From: Candidatus Heimdallarchaeota archaeon
Lineage (GTDB): Archaea; Asgardarchaeota; Heimdallarchaeia; Heimdallarchaeales; Heimdallarchaeaceae
Direction of reading: 5' to 3'
Assembly (NCBI GenBank): GCA_021399345.1
Contig: JAAFKI010000045.1
Span: 160,001 to 224,000, forward strand
Length of the DNA: 64,000 nucleotides
The translations under genes and the position numbers were made by a program. This document shows positions 1 to 9,865 of this stretch, piece after piece. Numbering within the stretch: the stretch's first letter is position 1; the number at the start of each line of letters is the position of its first letter. The notes under the pieces are model-generated. The model worked only from the letters and a program-made list of their open reading frames with translations, searched no databases and had not been told where the DNA came from.

Positions 1-731
1 GTTGTGTTGAAAATAATAGAAGTTGTAGTTGTATTCCCTTCTTGCCAATCCATTTCAATAAATGTTACATCACCATTAAAAACACCTAAAGCGACATCAG
101 TTATTGGATCTCTGTATTTCGACAATGCTAAAGTTACAGTATCATTTTCTGTGCCCCCATAGATTTCGTAACGGACAGTTATTGTATTATTTGTTTGGTT
201 AGAAGGAGTATAGTAAATGTAACTGTTTTGTGTCACAGTTGCATTATCAATACTATGAAAATCAGGAGGTGTCCCTTCTTCTGTAACATATAGATAATGC
301 CATGGTCCTAAATGATTAAAATTTTCTAATTCTTCATAGGTTCCATTAGTGATATCACCAATCCAAGCATAACCCTTGAATGTAGTTAAACCTGTTAAAC
401 TGAAAGTTCCTTTATAATATAAACGGTCAACTAGAGAGGAGGAGTAATTCAATGCTAAGCTGGTTTCGGGGGTTAGACTCAGGTTTGAACCAGAACCTAC
501 AATCACTATTCCACTGATACCTATGAAACGATCTACGGAATATTCAACTGTTATTAAAGTGAGATTTGGGAAATTGATTCCTTGGAAATCTTCAAGCCCT
601 TCAGCTACTAGGCTTTCTAAAATCGGTTCTGTAGGACTAGCGGCATGCATTTTAGGATCGAATGATCCAAGTCCCAATGAAAGTGTTATCAGTACTATAA
701 CTACAAAGGTATATGTCTTTTTGCTGTTCAT
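1..731 (-). CDS. Secreted/surface protein, truncated by window edge (not in ORF track)
   Basis: Manual translation from ATG at 731: MNSKKTYTFVVIVLITLSLGLGSFDPKMHAASP..., a signal peptide then a Thr/Asn-rich region; no stop in the ~165 codons I translated, appears to run off the window. Confidence 0.75.
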   Translation of the reverse strand, partial: MNSKKTYTFVVIVLITLSLGLGSFDPKMHAASPTEPILESLVAEGLEDFQGINFPNLTLITVEYSVDRFIGISGIVIVGSGSNLSLTPETSLALNYSSSLVDRLYYKGTFSLTGLTTFKGYAWIGDITNGTYEELENFNHLGPWHYLYVTEEGTPPDFHSIDNATVTQNSYIYYTPSNQTNNTITVRYEIYGGTENDTVTLALSKYRDPITDVALGVFNGDVTFIEMDWQEGNTTTTSIIFNT

Positions 732-818
732 ATCTCTTCACTTCAGCCTTGCTTGGTTGTGGTATTTTAAAGCTATTTTTATGCTTTATGTATTGTGTTT
801 TTTGTTTTGGAGTCTTTT

Positions 819-1376
819 TCATTCATTCCGATACGTAAATGGGTCGAAGACAACAAATGAAATTGAGCAACCAAAATTTTTAGTGATTTCTAAAAATGAG
901 CTTATAGTTTTAAAGCCAGATAAACCCCAGGAAGAATCAATTTTTGCCCTTCTTTCTTGAACCATTGATTTCACGCCCTCTATAGCCATAGTCTCAGTTT
1001 TATCTAAAGTCTCACCCTTGCTTTCAAAAGCTAACATACATGGAATTTGTTCCTCTCTGATTTTTACAAAGACTTTTGCTAAAGCAATGCATGTTGCATG
1101 TTTTTGTCCAACAGACCCTTTAGAGAGAGATTTAACAACATGAATATTTGTACTAAATGGAATCATTATGAATTTATCATCAACGTCTATGAATGTAATC
1201 CCTTTCGCTCTATCTATTTCAGGTATTATCTCTACAACAGGAGGAATGGAGGACACAGTAATATGGTTTTGATAACCTAATCCTGAATTCATGAATGCTT
1301 TATCAATTGCATCTAGTTCAGATGTATCAGATTCACCTATACCGGATGTAAACCAAAATCTCGTTGGGCTGCTCAT
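819..1376 (-). CDS. pdaD: Pyruvoyl-dependent arginine decarboxylase family protein
   Basis: N-terminal PTRFWFTSGIGE...AIDKAFMNSGLG..NHITVSSIPP with Ser-Ser autocleavage site; AFE catalytic Glu position. Confidence 0.7.
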   Translation of the reverse strand: MSSPTRFWFTSGIGESDTSELDAIDKAFMNSGLGYQNHITVSSIPPVVEIIPEIDRAKGITFIDVDDKFIMIPFSTNIHVVKSLSKGSVGQKHATCIALAKVFVKIREEQIPCMLAFESKGETLDKTETMAIEGVKSMVQERRAKIDSSWGLSGFKTISSFLEITKNFGCSISFVVFDPFTYRNE

Positions 1377-1522
1377 TTTTCAATGAAAAAATCTTTGCGG
1401 ATTATATATAATTGTCGAACGAGCATAAATTATACGGAAATCTACAGAGTAAATACTTTCACAAAAGCATATATATTAATTTAGATTTTTCTTCTTTACA
1501 ACCAAATGGTATGGTATATCTC

Positions 1523-2818
1523 ATGGATGAACTGAAAGAGTTTTTCAGAAAAAATAATATTGAATTTATTCAATTTCAATTTACAACTATATTTGGAGAT
1601 CTAAAGTCAGTCGAATTTCCCTCAGACATCTGGGAGGAAATGAAAGATGGAACTGGAGTGGATGGATCTTCCTTAGGATTCTTAAAAACTGAACAGAGCG
1701 ACATGAAGATAGTTCCTGATCTATCAACTTTAGCTGTTTTTCCCTGGGAACCAAGAATGGCAAGATTCATTTGTGATATTTATGGAAATGATGGAAAACC
1801 CCATCCGACTGATCCTCGGAGCATTTTGAAAAAAGTAATTAAACAGGCTAAAAATTTAGGGTATGAATTCAAGACACGACCTGAACTTGAATGGCACTTC
1901 CTAGACTCAGATCTTGAACCATATGAATCTGGTGAATACATGGATACTCTCCCTTATGATGAATTAGGATATCTTCGACGAAGTATTGCAAGCGATATGC
2001 AAGAAATGGGCATTGCAGTTAAAACAATTCACCATGAAGTTGGTAATGGTCAACAAGAGATTGAATTCGCTGCTTTAGAAGCGTTAAAGCAAGCAGATGA
2101 CACACAAACTGCGAAAATGATTGTCAAAGCAGATTCTCTTTTTAATGAAATTTTTAGTACTTTCATGCCAAAACCCTTTGCAGATCAAGCTGGAAATGGA
2201 ATGCATGTTCATCAATATCTTACCAAAGATGGAAAGAATATCTTTGCTGATGAAGAAAAAGGAATCAGTGATACATTACGCTATTTTGTTGGAGGAATTT
2301 TGAAACATGTAGATGCAATGACTGCACTCTTCAATCCAACAACAAATTCTTACAAAAGATTGGTTCCTGGTCATGAAGCTCCTGTTTACAAATCCTGGGG
2401 AGTTGCCAATAGAACAGCTTTAATTCGAGTTCCAGGATACGAAAAGAAAGCAAGAATCGAATTTCGTGCAACAGATGCTGCTTCAAACATCTACCTAGCT
2501 ACAGCTTTACTTCTAGCTTCAGGTTTGGATGGAATCAAGGATAAGATTGAACCAATTCCTCCTACAACTAAAAATATTGAAACTTTATCTATTGAGGAAA
2601 GGAAAAGTATGGGGATTGTACAATTACCTAGTAGTTTATCTGAAGCTCTGGACCACTTGGAAAAAAGCTCTTTCGTAAAAGAAACCCTTGGTCAAGACAT
2701 TCTCGAGATATTTCTAGCCGTTAAAAGAATGGAATGTAAGGAACATGCTGAAGCTAAGAACAAAGGCGATGAAGAAGAATGGGAATGGGAGTATGAAACC
2801 TATCTTGACAGAACATAA
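1523..2818 (+). CDS. glnA: Glutamine synthetase type I
   Basis: DGSS, ELEW, HHEV..GQQE, TFMPKP...AGNGMHVH, NSYKRLVPGHEAP, NRTALIRVP, RIEFR; start moved to ATG 1523 (MDELKEFF). Confidence 0.9.
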   Translation: MDELKEFFRKNNIEFIQFQFTTIFGDLKSVEFPSDIWEEMKDGTGVDGSSLGFLKTEQSDMKIVPDLSTLAVFPWEPRMARFICDIYGNDGKPHPTDPRSILKKVIKQAKNLGYEFKTRPELEWHFLDSDLEPYESGEYMDTLPYDELGYLRRSIASDMQEMGIAVKTIHHEVGNGQQEIEFAALEALKQADDTQTAKMIVKADSLFNEIFSTFMPKPFADQAGNGMHVHQYLTKDGKNIFADEEKGISDTLRYFVGGILKHVDAMTALFNPTTNSYKRLVPGHEAPVYKSWGVANRTALIRVPGYEKKARIEFRATDAASNIYLATALLLASGLDGIKDKIEPIPPTTKNIETLSIEERKSMGIVQLPSSLSEALDHLEKSSFVKETLGQDILEIFLAVKRMECKEHAEAKNKGDEEEWEWEYETYLDRT

Positions 2819-2925
2819 CTAAATGAGCTGTTTTTTATTCTATCCGCTAAATTCTTGTTTTCAATAAGGTAACTTTAATAAGTCATGTAATGCTAAATAA
2901 AACTAATTGGCTGGGGTAGTTTCAA

Positions 2926-4992
2926 CTGAGTTATGAACGTGAAGATATTGTCGAATTAGACTTCCAAGAATTGGATCTTCCTACAGTAACTCTGTCTAAA
3001 ACAAGGAAATCACAAATAATTTCACAACTCTATCTGTATAGAGAAATTAACTTAAAATTGTTTTCTGAGCAGACTGGCGTTGCCATTGTAACAATCAAAG
3101 ATTATATTCAGTTACTCATTCAAGCTCTTATTCTGAGGGGGTATTACAGAAAAGACAGGTTTGTTCTAGTATCAGCATACAGGTATCCAAGGGTGAATCC
3201 AGGAAGATTAAGTAATCTTAGAAGAAATTTGTTAGGAGTACTAGTAAGCAATAAAAAAATCAATATCCATTTTCTTCGCAAAATTTTGAACATTTCTTCT
3301 GAGGAACTAATATCGCATCTTCTATTCCTCACAGTTAGAGGATTATTTATTGGAAGTCTGAAAAATCAAGAGATATCAGTTCAAAAAATATGGGTGCCTT
3401 TCGAGAAAGTAAAAATCAGTTCTGATGATACATTTATCATAGGAACATGCATGCTTCTGCGAGATGCAGATTTAAGCAAAGTAGCAAAACTAACAGGTTT
3501 CACTAAGGATGAAGTATTTAACACAATTACCAATCTTATGTTATATAAAAAATTGGAAGCTTCATTTGAAGTTTCTGGAGGAATTGTTGGTTCGAGTAAA
3601 ATTTCCGTAAACGTCAAAAAGTATCTGATTGCTCCCCGCACTTTACCTATGGAAGCTCTTCAAGGTGATGAAAGATCTGTAGTTGGGTACAGTATATTGA
3701 AGAAAGAAGCTGATATAGAGGAATTAGCAAAATATCTTGACAAAAAAGAAAAAGAAGTAGTCAAAATTATTGCCGTCTTAACTGCAAGGGGTACTTTTCA
3801 ATTTATATTTAATGAAAAAAATAAGATAGTACCAATTATCATTCCTGATACACAACCGAATCAAACAATAGAAGAAATGGCTGCATTATCATTTTTCAAT
3901 TACGAAGCATTGTTTGGTCTATTATCGACTCAAGAAAGAATTCCTCTTAGGAAACTTGCTACTTTAATGAATAGAGAAGTTGACGAAGTCTTAGAAGGTG
4001 TAATGAATCTATATCTAGAGGGATTTGTTACTTGTACATTAAAGGGTGCCACAATTCATGTAGATAGCCTCAAAAGGTATAGTAGAACTCAAGAAGGAAC
4101 CCTTGAAAGATGGGAAAAAATTGTACTAGGTATGATAATTGCAAAAACATCTATCACCACTAAAGATATCGAGGACGCATTAGGTATTGACAAAAATCAT
4201 GCTAAAGAAAGAATGTATGGATTTTATGGAAAGGGTTTAATCAAAGGCACTATCACAGGAAATAAACTTGAACCTGAAGAAATACCTATATTTCCTCCTT
4301 TAGTTCAACTAGATGATCTTCCTATTCATTATCAGGAAATTTATGGTTACATTATTTCAAACTCCAGAGTTTCATTTAGGAATATAATGAAATTCTGGGA
4401 GAAAACACTTATTGCATCAAAGAACATAGTTTACGAATTAACAGGTTCTGGTCTGATGAATATATCTTCACGTGGAAGTACTGTAACAATAGTTTCAAGC
4501 CAAAAATTCCTACCAAATAAGCAATTGAACGAACTAGGTGATATTTACACCAGAACTGTAAATGAGATTGAAAAATCAAGAAGAAAAAGGATTAAGTTAA
4601 CAACAATTGCAAATTCTGTTGGAATGGAATCTTTAGATTTGTTCAAAATGTTATGCCAGTTAATCGCCCATGGGTATTATAAAGGAGTTTTAACTTCAGC
4701 TTATTTTGAAAGAGTTGGTAAAATAGTATTGCCAAAGGGTAAAAATTATTGCCTCAATTGTGGGTATGTAATAAAATCTTCAACTGAACCTTGCGATAAT
4801 TGTAAACAATTGCATCAGAAGTGTATGGTTTGTCAAGGATTAATTAAGAAGGGTGATAATGTGAAAGAATGCCCAACTTGTAACAATATTGCTCATGATG
4901 ATCATTTGGAACAATGGATGAAGATAAAGCAAGAATGTCCGATATGTAAAACTAGAATTTCGAAAAGAAATCTAAAAAAATATTCAGTATAA
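2926..4992 (+). CDS. Winged-helix (PCI-like) repeat protein with C-terminal zinc finger + RING finger; putative E3 ligase
   Basis: Repeated ~60-75 aa helical units ending GLFIGSL/GLIKGTI/GYYKGVL/GFVTCTL; C-terminus CLNC-CDNC-CMVC-CPTC-HxxH-W-CPIC; start CTG 2926 or TTG 2971. Confidence 0.7.
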   Translation: MSYEREDIVELDFQELDLPTVTLSKTRKSQIISQLYLYREINLKLFSEQTGVAIVTIKDYIQLLIQALILRGYYRKDRFVLVSAYRYPRVNPGRLSNLRRNLLGVLVSNKKINIHFLRKILNISSEELISHLLFLTVRGLFIGSLKNQEISVQKIWVPFEKVKISSDDTFIIGTCMLLRDADLSKVAKLTGFTKDEVFNTITNLMLYKKLEASFEVSGGIVGSSKISVNVKKYLIAPRTLPMEALQGDERSVVGYSILKKEADIEELAKYLDKKEKEVVKIIAVLTARGTFQFIFNEKNKIVPIIIPDTQPNQTIEEMAALSFFNYEALFGLLSTQERIPLRKLATLMNREVDEVLEGVMNLYLEGFVTCTLKGATIHVDSLKRYSRTQEGTLERWEKIVLGMIIAKTSITTKDIEDALGIDKNHAKERMYGFYGKGLIKGTITGNKLEPEEIPIFPPLVQLDDLPIHYQEIYGYIISNSRVSFRNIMKFWEKTLIASKNIVYELTGSGLMNISSRGSTVTIVSSQKFLPNKQLNELGDIYTRTVNEIEKSRRKRIKLTTIANSVGMESLDLFKMLCQLIAHGYYKGVLTSAYFERVGKIVLPKGKNYCLNCGYVIKSSTEPCDNCKQLHQKCMVCQGLIKKGDNVKECPTCNNIAHDDHLEQWMKIKQECPICKTRISKRNLKKYSV

Positions 4993-5004
4993 TGGTTGAT
5001 TTTG

Positions 5005-5316
5005 ATGGAACTTCAAAAAATACAAGATGAAGTATATAATTTCTTAAAAGATAGAGATTGGTTCAAATATTCTCCAAATGATGTTCTTATTCATCTGTAC
5101 GAGGAATTAAGTGAAATTGGAAAACACCTACTATTCAAATCAAAGTATAAAGAAGAAGGTGGCCATTCAAAGCCAGATGGAGAAGAATTACCAAGGGAAT
5201 TTGCTCAAGCATTTTCGTTGTTCTTACAACTCTGTATTCTGCTAGATGTCGATTTGGAACAAGCGTGGAAAAATGAGATAAAAATAATGAGAGAAAGATT
5301 TCCAATAGATAAATAA
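5005..5316 (+). CDS. MazG-like nucleotide pyrophosphohydrolase
   Basis: LQKIQDEV..F...RDW, HLYEELSEI, EFAQ, VDLEQAW..; ~100 aa all-alpha. Confidence 0.75.
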   Translation: MELQKIQDEVYNFLKDRDWFKYSPNDVLIHLYEELSEIGKHLLFKSKYKEEGGHSKPDGEELPREFAQAFSLFLQLCILLDVDLEQAWKNEIKIMRERFPIDK

Positions 5317-5343
5317 AAATATCAATTAGGGAGAAGTTAGTAA

Positions 5344-6078
5344 ATGAGTGACAAAAAGAAGAGCAAACCTCAAACGAAGAAAACCACAAAAAAAATCTTT
5401 GTTGATGTTAAAGGGGTATCAAAAAGCTATCAAATGGGTGAGGTAGAGGTTCAAGCTCTAAAGAATGTGTCACTTGTTTTAGGTTTAGGAGAAATAGTTT
5501 CAATTATTGGACCTTCAGGAAGCGGTAAGACGACTCTTTTGAATGTTATTGGAGCTTTGGATTATGTTGATTCTGGATCCATTAGCATTAATCGGAAAAA
5601 ATTAAGTTCAATGAGTGATAAAGAATTAAGCTTTCTTCGAAGAGACACCATAGGTTATATTTTCCAAAATTTTAACTTGCTAGAGGAAATTAATGCTGAA
5701 AAAAATATTGAAATGCCTTTAATTCTAGCGAAGTTAGAAAAAGAAGATCGTAAAAAGAGAGTAGAGGAATTGTTAGAAAGTGTTGATCTTATCGAGAGAA
5801 GATCACATAATCCTGATCAACTATCTGGAGGAGAACAACAAAGAGTTGCAATAGCAAGAGCTTTAGCTAACAACCCAAAATTACTCCTTGCTGATGAACC
5901 CACAGGAAATCTAGATTCTATAACAGGAGAAAAAGTTCTAAAATTACTTATAGACCTAAGTAAAAATCAAAATAAAACACTAATTTATGTTACTCATGAC
6001 GTAGAATCAGCTACTTTAGCTGATAGACAACTATACATGAGTGATGGTAAAATAGTAAAAGATACTTCCACTAAATAG
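5344..6078 (+). CDS. ABC transporter ATP-binding protein (LolD/MacB-like)
   Basis: [38 protein letters not shown]. Confidence 0.95.
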   Translation: MSDKKKSKPQTKKTTKKIFVDVKGVSKSYQMGEVEVQALKNVSLVLGLGEIVSIIGPSGSGKTTLLNVIGALDYVDSGSISINRKKLSSMSDKELSFLRRDTIGYIFQNFNLLEEINAEKNIEMPLILAKLEKEDRKKRVEELLESVDLIERRSHNPDQLSGGEQQRVAIARALANNPKLLLADEPTGNLDSITGEKVLKLLIDLSKNQNKTLIYVTHDVESATLADRQLYMSDGKIVKDTSTK

Positions 6079-6181
6079 AGATAGAGTGTTCTTTTACAAT
6101 TAGAAATAACTTTTAAAGCTGTTACTTGACAGAATTATAAAAATAAATTTTATTTGTAAAGAAGTAGAGATTTGAAAGTTA

Positions 6182-7945
6182 GTGAAAAAAATGGGTTATA
6201 AACGCTGGTTTCTGAAACATCTACTAAAAGAGAAATTACTATCCACAATATTACTAGTATTTCTCTTAGTATTTATTGGAACAGTCTCTATAACCCCATT
6301 ATTTATAGGGAATATTTTTAATGAATTAGCTAGTGAAAATAGCTCATTTAAAGCCATAGTGAGTATTGCTTTATTTATCGCAGGGGCGGGAGTAATCAGA
6401 GCAGTTGCAGATTTTACACAGAGTTATGCAAATGAGGTTTTAGCTCATAAAATTACCAAAAATGTTACTGAAGAATTCTATGGAGATATGCTCGAGAAGA
6501 GTCAAGAATTTCACGATAGAATTAGAATAGGAGATATAATGGCAAGAGCTACATATGATACACGTCAAATGAATATATTCATTTCTCCTGGAATAAAATT
6601 TCTATTTGAGGCAGCTTTTACACTTCTCTTTTCGGTTTCTCTAATGATTTGGATCAGTCCAAAATTAACACTTCTTCTAGTAGCAGCTCTGCCTTTCTAT
6701 GTCATAGTAATGTATGATTATAATAAAAGATTGCGTCCAATTTCTAAAGCTCAAATGGAACAGAATAGTCTTTTGAATGCCAGATTACAAGAAAGTATTA
6801 CAGGAATCAGAGTGATTAGGGCTTTTGTGAAAGAAGAGAAAGAGATAAATGAGTTTGATGATGAAACAGATAAATTACGAGATATAAATACTCGAAGAGG
6901 AATTCTTAGTGCTCGTTATTTTGGAGTTGTGGTAACAGTGTTGATCATCTCTTTCAGCTTCTTATGGGGATCATATGAAGTAATTAACGGAGATTTAGCT
7001 CTTGGTTATCTGATTACCTATGTCTTTCTAATGATGACTTTGATGATGCCTACTTGGCAAATTGGTTGGGGGATCACACAATTTCAAATAGGAATGGCAG
7101 CTGCAAAAAGAATTTTTGAAATGAAAGAGAGAGAGGAGTACGTCCCAGAATCTTCATCACCTATAGAATGGCATAGTAAACAAGGAGCAATCAGTTTCAT
7201 GAATGTCTCTTTCTCTTATAATGGAGGAAGTAGTAGAAAAAAAGCGCTGAGCAATATAAACCTAGAAGTCCCTGGAGGATCCACTGTAGCAATCATTGGT
7301 AATCCAGGATCAGGAAAATCCACACTGATAAAATTACTAATGAGACTTTATGATCCCACACAAGGGAGTATATTCATTGATGGGGTTAATATTAAAGACA
7401 TACTTCTATCCAATCTCAGAGATCACATAGGTGTGATTGAACAAGAGGTATTTCTGTTCAGTAAATCAATTAGGGAAAATATAGCATATGGAAAACCAAA
7501 TGCAACTAAGGAAGAAATAGAAGAAGCATCAGAATTAGCACAAGCTCATGAATTCATAATGGGTTTTGAAAAAGGATATAATACAATTATCGGAGAAAGA
7601 GGAGTTACCCTTTCGGGGGGACAAAAACAAAGAATTGCAATTGCTAGAGCATTGCTAGTTAATCCTTCATTTTTAATTCTTGATGACGCAAGCAGTGCCA
7701 TAGATGCAGAAACGGAAAGAAAAATCCAAACTGCAATAGCTAATGTATTAAAAAATCGAACCACCTTTATTATCACACACAGGTTAGCTACAATTAAGCA
7801 TGCTGACCTAATCATAGTTTTGAGAAATGGTTTACTTAAGGACAGTGGATCCCATGATGAACTTATTCTAAGAAATATCGATTACAGAAGATTGTTTGAA
7901 AGGTTTTCTGAGCTTCCACCAATGACAAAAATGGAGGAGAACTAG
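6182..7945 (+). CDS. ABC exporter, fused permease/ATPase (heterodimer subunit 1)
   Basis: TM domain + GNPGSGKS, LSGGQKQR, ILDDASS (degenerate Walker B typical of heterodimeric exporters). Confidence 0.92.
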   Translation: MKKMGYKRWFLKHLLKEKLLSTILLVFLLVFIGTVSITPLFIGNIFNELASENSSFKAIVSIALFIAGAGVIRAVADFTQSYANEVLAHKITKNVTEEFYGDMLEKSQEFHDRIRIGDIMARATYDTRQMNIFISPGIKFLFEAAFTLLFSVSLMIWISPKLTLLLVAALPFYVIVMYDYNKRLRPISKAQMEQNSLLNARLQESITGIRVIRAFVKEEKEINEFDDETDKLRDINTRRGILSARYFGVVVTVLIISFSFLWGSYEVINGDLALGYLITYVFLMMTLMMPTWQIGWGITQFQIGMAAAKRIFEMKEREEYVPESSSPIEWHSKQGAISFMNVSFSYNGGSSRKKALSNINLEVPGGSTVAIIGNPGSGKSTLIKLLMRLYDPTQGSIFIDGVNIKDILLSNLRDHIGVIEQEVFLFSKSIRENIAYGKPNATKEEIEEASELAQAHEFIMGFEKGYNTIIGERGVTLSGGQKQRIAIARALLVNPSFLILDDASSAIDAETERKIQTAIANVLKNRTTFIITHRLATIKHADLIIVLRNGLLKDSGSHDELILRNIDYRRLFERFSELPPMTKMEEN

Positions 7946-7946
7946 T

Positions 7947-9824
7947 ATGTCAGAAGAAGATGATTTCAAGAAATCATATGATAGACAATATGGAGATATT
8001 GAACTATTAACACGATTTTGGAGATATCTGAAAGTATACAAAAAATATCTTCTCTTTATAATAGTAGGTATTTTAGTAACAGCTGTTGTTACTATTCTCC
8101 CCCCATCTATGGTTCAAAGTGCTTTTGAATCTTTGGCAGATAGAACCAAACCTTTCCCTCAAGCAATCGATTTTATGCCAACATCTCTATTCTTATGGAA
8201 ATTTCAAATAAACTTGTGGAGAGCTGTTTACCCTTATGCAATTGGATATGTTCTTCTATCGTTATTCTTATGGTTAGCCCAAGTACTTCTAGGGATCGTT
8301 GTAACCATTGTTTCACAAAAGATAATCAAACGTATTCAAATGGAAACCTATGAGAGTTTACAAGAACATGATTTGATGTATTTTGACACGCAGTCAACAG
8401 GTCAAATAATGAGCAGAATAACAAATGATTCCCAAGAACTGAATGATATGATCAATGTTGTTTCACAGTTTGTAGCTAATTTCTTCATACTATTTGCAGT
8501 ACTGATATGGATGTTCGTTGTAAATTGGAGACTGACATTTATCACCCTTGGAATGGCTCCTTTTGTCTTTATTGTTGCTTTTTTCTTCAGAAGAATAACA
8601 AGATTAACCACTGGAAAATGGAGAGAAGCAATTGGAGAAGTGAATGCTTCTTTCCAAGAGAGCGTAGCGGGAATTTCAGTAGCTAAAGCATTTGGAAGAG
8701 AAAAGAAATCTAAAGAAGAATTCGAAGTAATAAATCAAGCAACTTTCTATCATGCGAAGAAAAGAGCATTTGCGGTTATGGGAATCTGGCCCCTTATGGA
8801 CGGTATAAGCACAATTGGTGTTTTTGGAATCACTCTTTACGGTAGTTGGTTATTTTTTGGAAATTTGGCTTCATCAGATGTTATTTTATTGTTCCTCCTA
8901 CTGCTAAATAGATTCTTATATCCTCTTGTTAGAGTAGCATCTCAGTTTTCAATCATCCAATCTGGTTTCGCAGCTATGGAACGTATTTTCAGTATAGTTG
9001 ATGCTAAAAAGGAAATTGTTAATCCAGCTAATCCAATCAGTAAAGAGATGCAAGGACAAATCACTTTCGAGGATGTTTATCATCAATATGTTCAAGGAGA
9101 ACTTGTATTGAAAGATATCAACCTTAAGATTCAACCAGGTGAGTCTATAGCTGTCGTTGGCCATACTGGCGCTGGCAAGACCACTATTGCTTCCTTGTTA
9201 ATGCGGTTTTACGATATTTCCAAAGGTTCAATTAAAATCGATAATGTTGATATTAGAGAATATGACTTACACAATCTCAGATCTCAGATAGGTTTGGTGA
9301 GTCAAGATGTTTTCCTTTTTAGTGGAACAGTTTTAGATAATATACGATATGGTAATCCTGAAGCAAGCTTATCTGAAGTTCAAAAGGTGATAGATATTGT
9401 ATCAGCACAAGAATTTATTGACGCTTTACCTGATGGTTTAGAAACTGAATTAGGTGAACGAGGTAAGGGTCTTTCATCTGGACAGCGTCAAATGGTTTCA
9501 TTTGCTAGAACATTATTAATTGATCCTAAGATATTAATATTGGACGAAGCTACAGCTGCAGTGGATGCTTACACTGAATGGAAAATCCAAGAAGCACTCG
9601 ATAAGCTTCTAGCTGACAGAACTTCGATAGTAATAGCTCATCGTTTAACAACTATAAAGAATTCAGACAGAATCATAGTTCTTGATCATGGTAAAATAGT
9701 TGAAGAAGGTAATCATGAGAGTCTTATGAATAAAGGTGAATTATATTCTGAACTTTATGAAACATATTTCAAACATCAATCTGCTGAATGGATTTCAGAA
9801 ATCAGTGATGTATTTACTGATTAA
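7947..9824 (+). CDS. ABC exporter, fused permease/ATPase (heterodimer subunit 2)
   Basis: GHTGAGKT, LSSGQRQ, ILDEAT; 1-bp gap from partner. Confidence 0.92.
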   Translation: MSEEDDFKKSYDRQYGDIELLTRFWRYLKVYKKYLLFIIVGILVTAVVTILPPSMVQSAFESLADRTKPFPQAIDFMPTSLFLWKFQINLWRAVYPYAIGYVLLSLFLWLAQVLLGIVVTIVSQKIIKRIQMETYESLQEHDLMYFDTQSTGQIMSRITNDSQELNDMINVVSQFVANFFILFAVLIWMFVVNWRLTFITLGMAPFVFIVAFFFRRITRLTTGKWREAIGEVNASFQESVAGISVAKAFGREKKSKEEFEVINQATFYHAKKRAFAVMGIWPLMDGISTIGVFGITLYGSWLFFGNLASSDVILLFLLLLNRFLYPLVRVASQFSIIQSGFAAMERIFSIVDAKKEIVNPANPISKEMQGQITFEDVYHQYVQGELVLKDINLKIQPGESIAVVGHTGAGKTTIASLLMRFYDISKGSIKIDNVDIREYDLHNLRSQIGLVSQDVFLFSGTVLDNIRYGNPEASLSEVQKVIDIVSAQEFIDALPDGLETELGERGKGLSSGQRQMVSFARTLLIDPKILILDEATAAVDAYTEWKIQEALDKLLADRTSIVIAHRLTTIKNSDRIIVLDHGKIVEEGNHESLMNKGELYSELYETYFKHQSAEWISEISDVFTD

Positions 9825-9865
9825 AAATACTGGAAGAAAGATACTAAGATAACAGAAATAAATAA

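Noticed and set aside
523-960. 145-aa + strand ORF
   Set aside because: Antisense overlap with both the 1-731 secreted protein and pdaD; no recognisable motifs
819-2818. pdaD divergent from a GS-family gene as a polyamine gamma-glutamylation module
   Set aside because: The GS keeps the Glu-flap (PGHEAP) of true glutamine synthetases; linkage likely incidental
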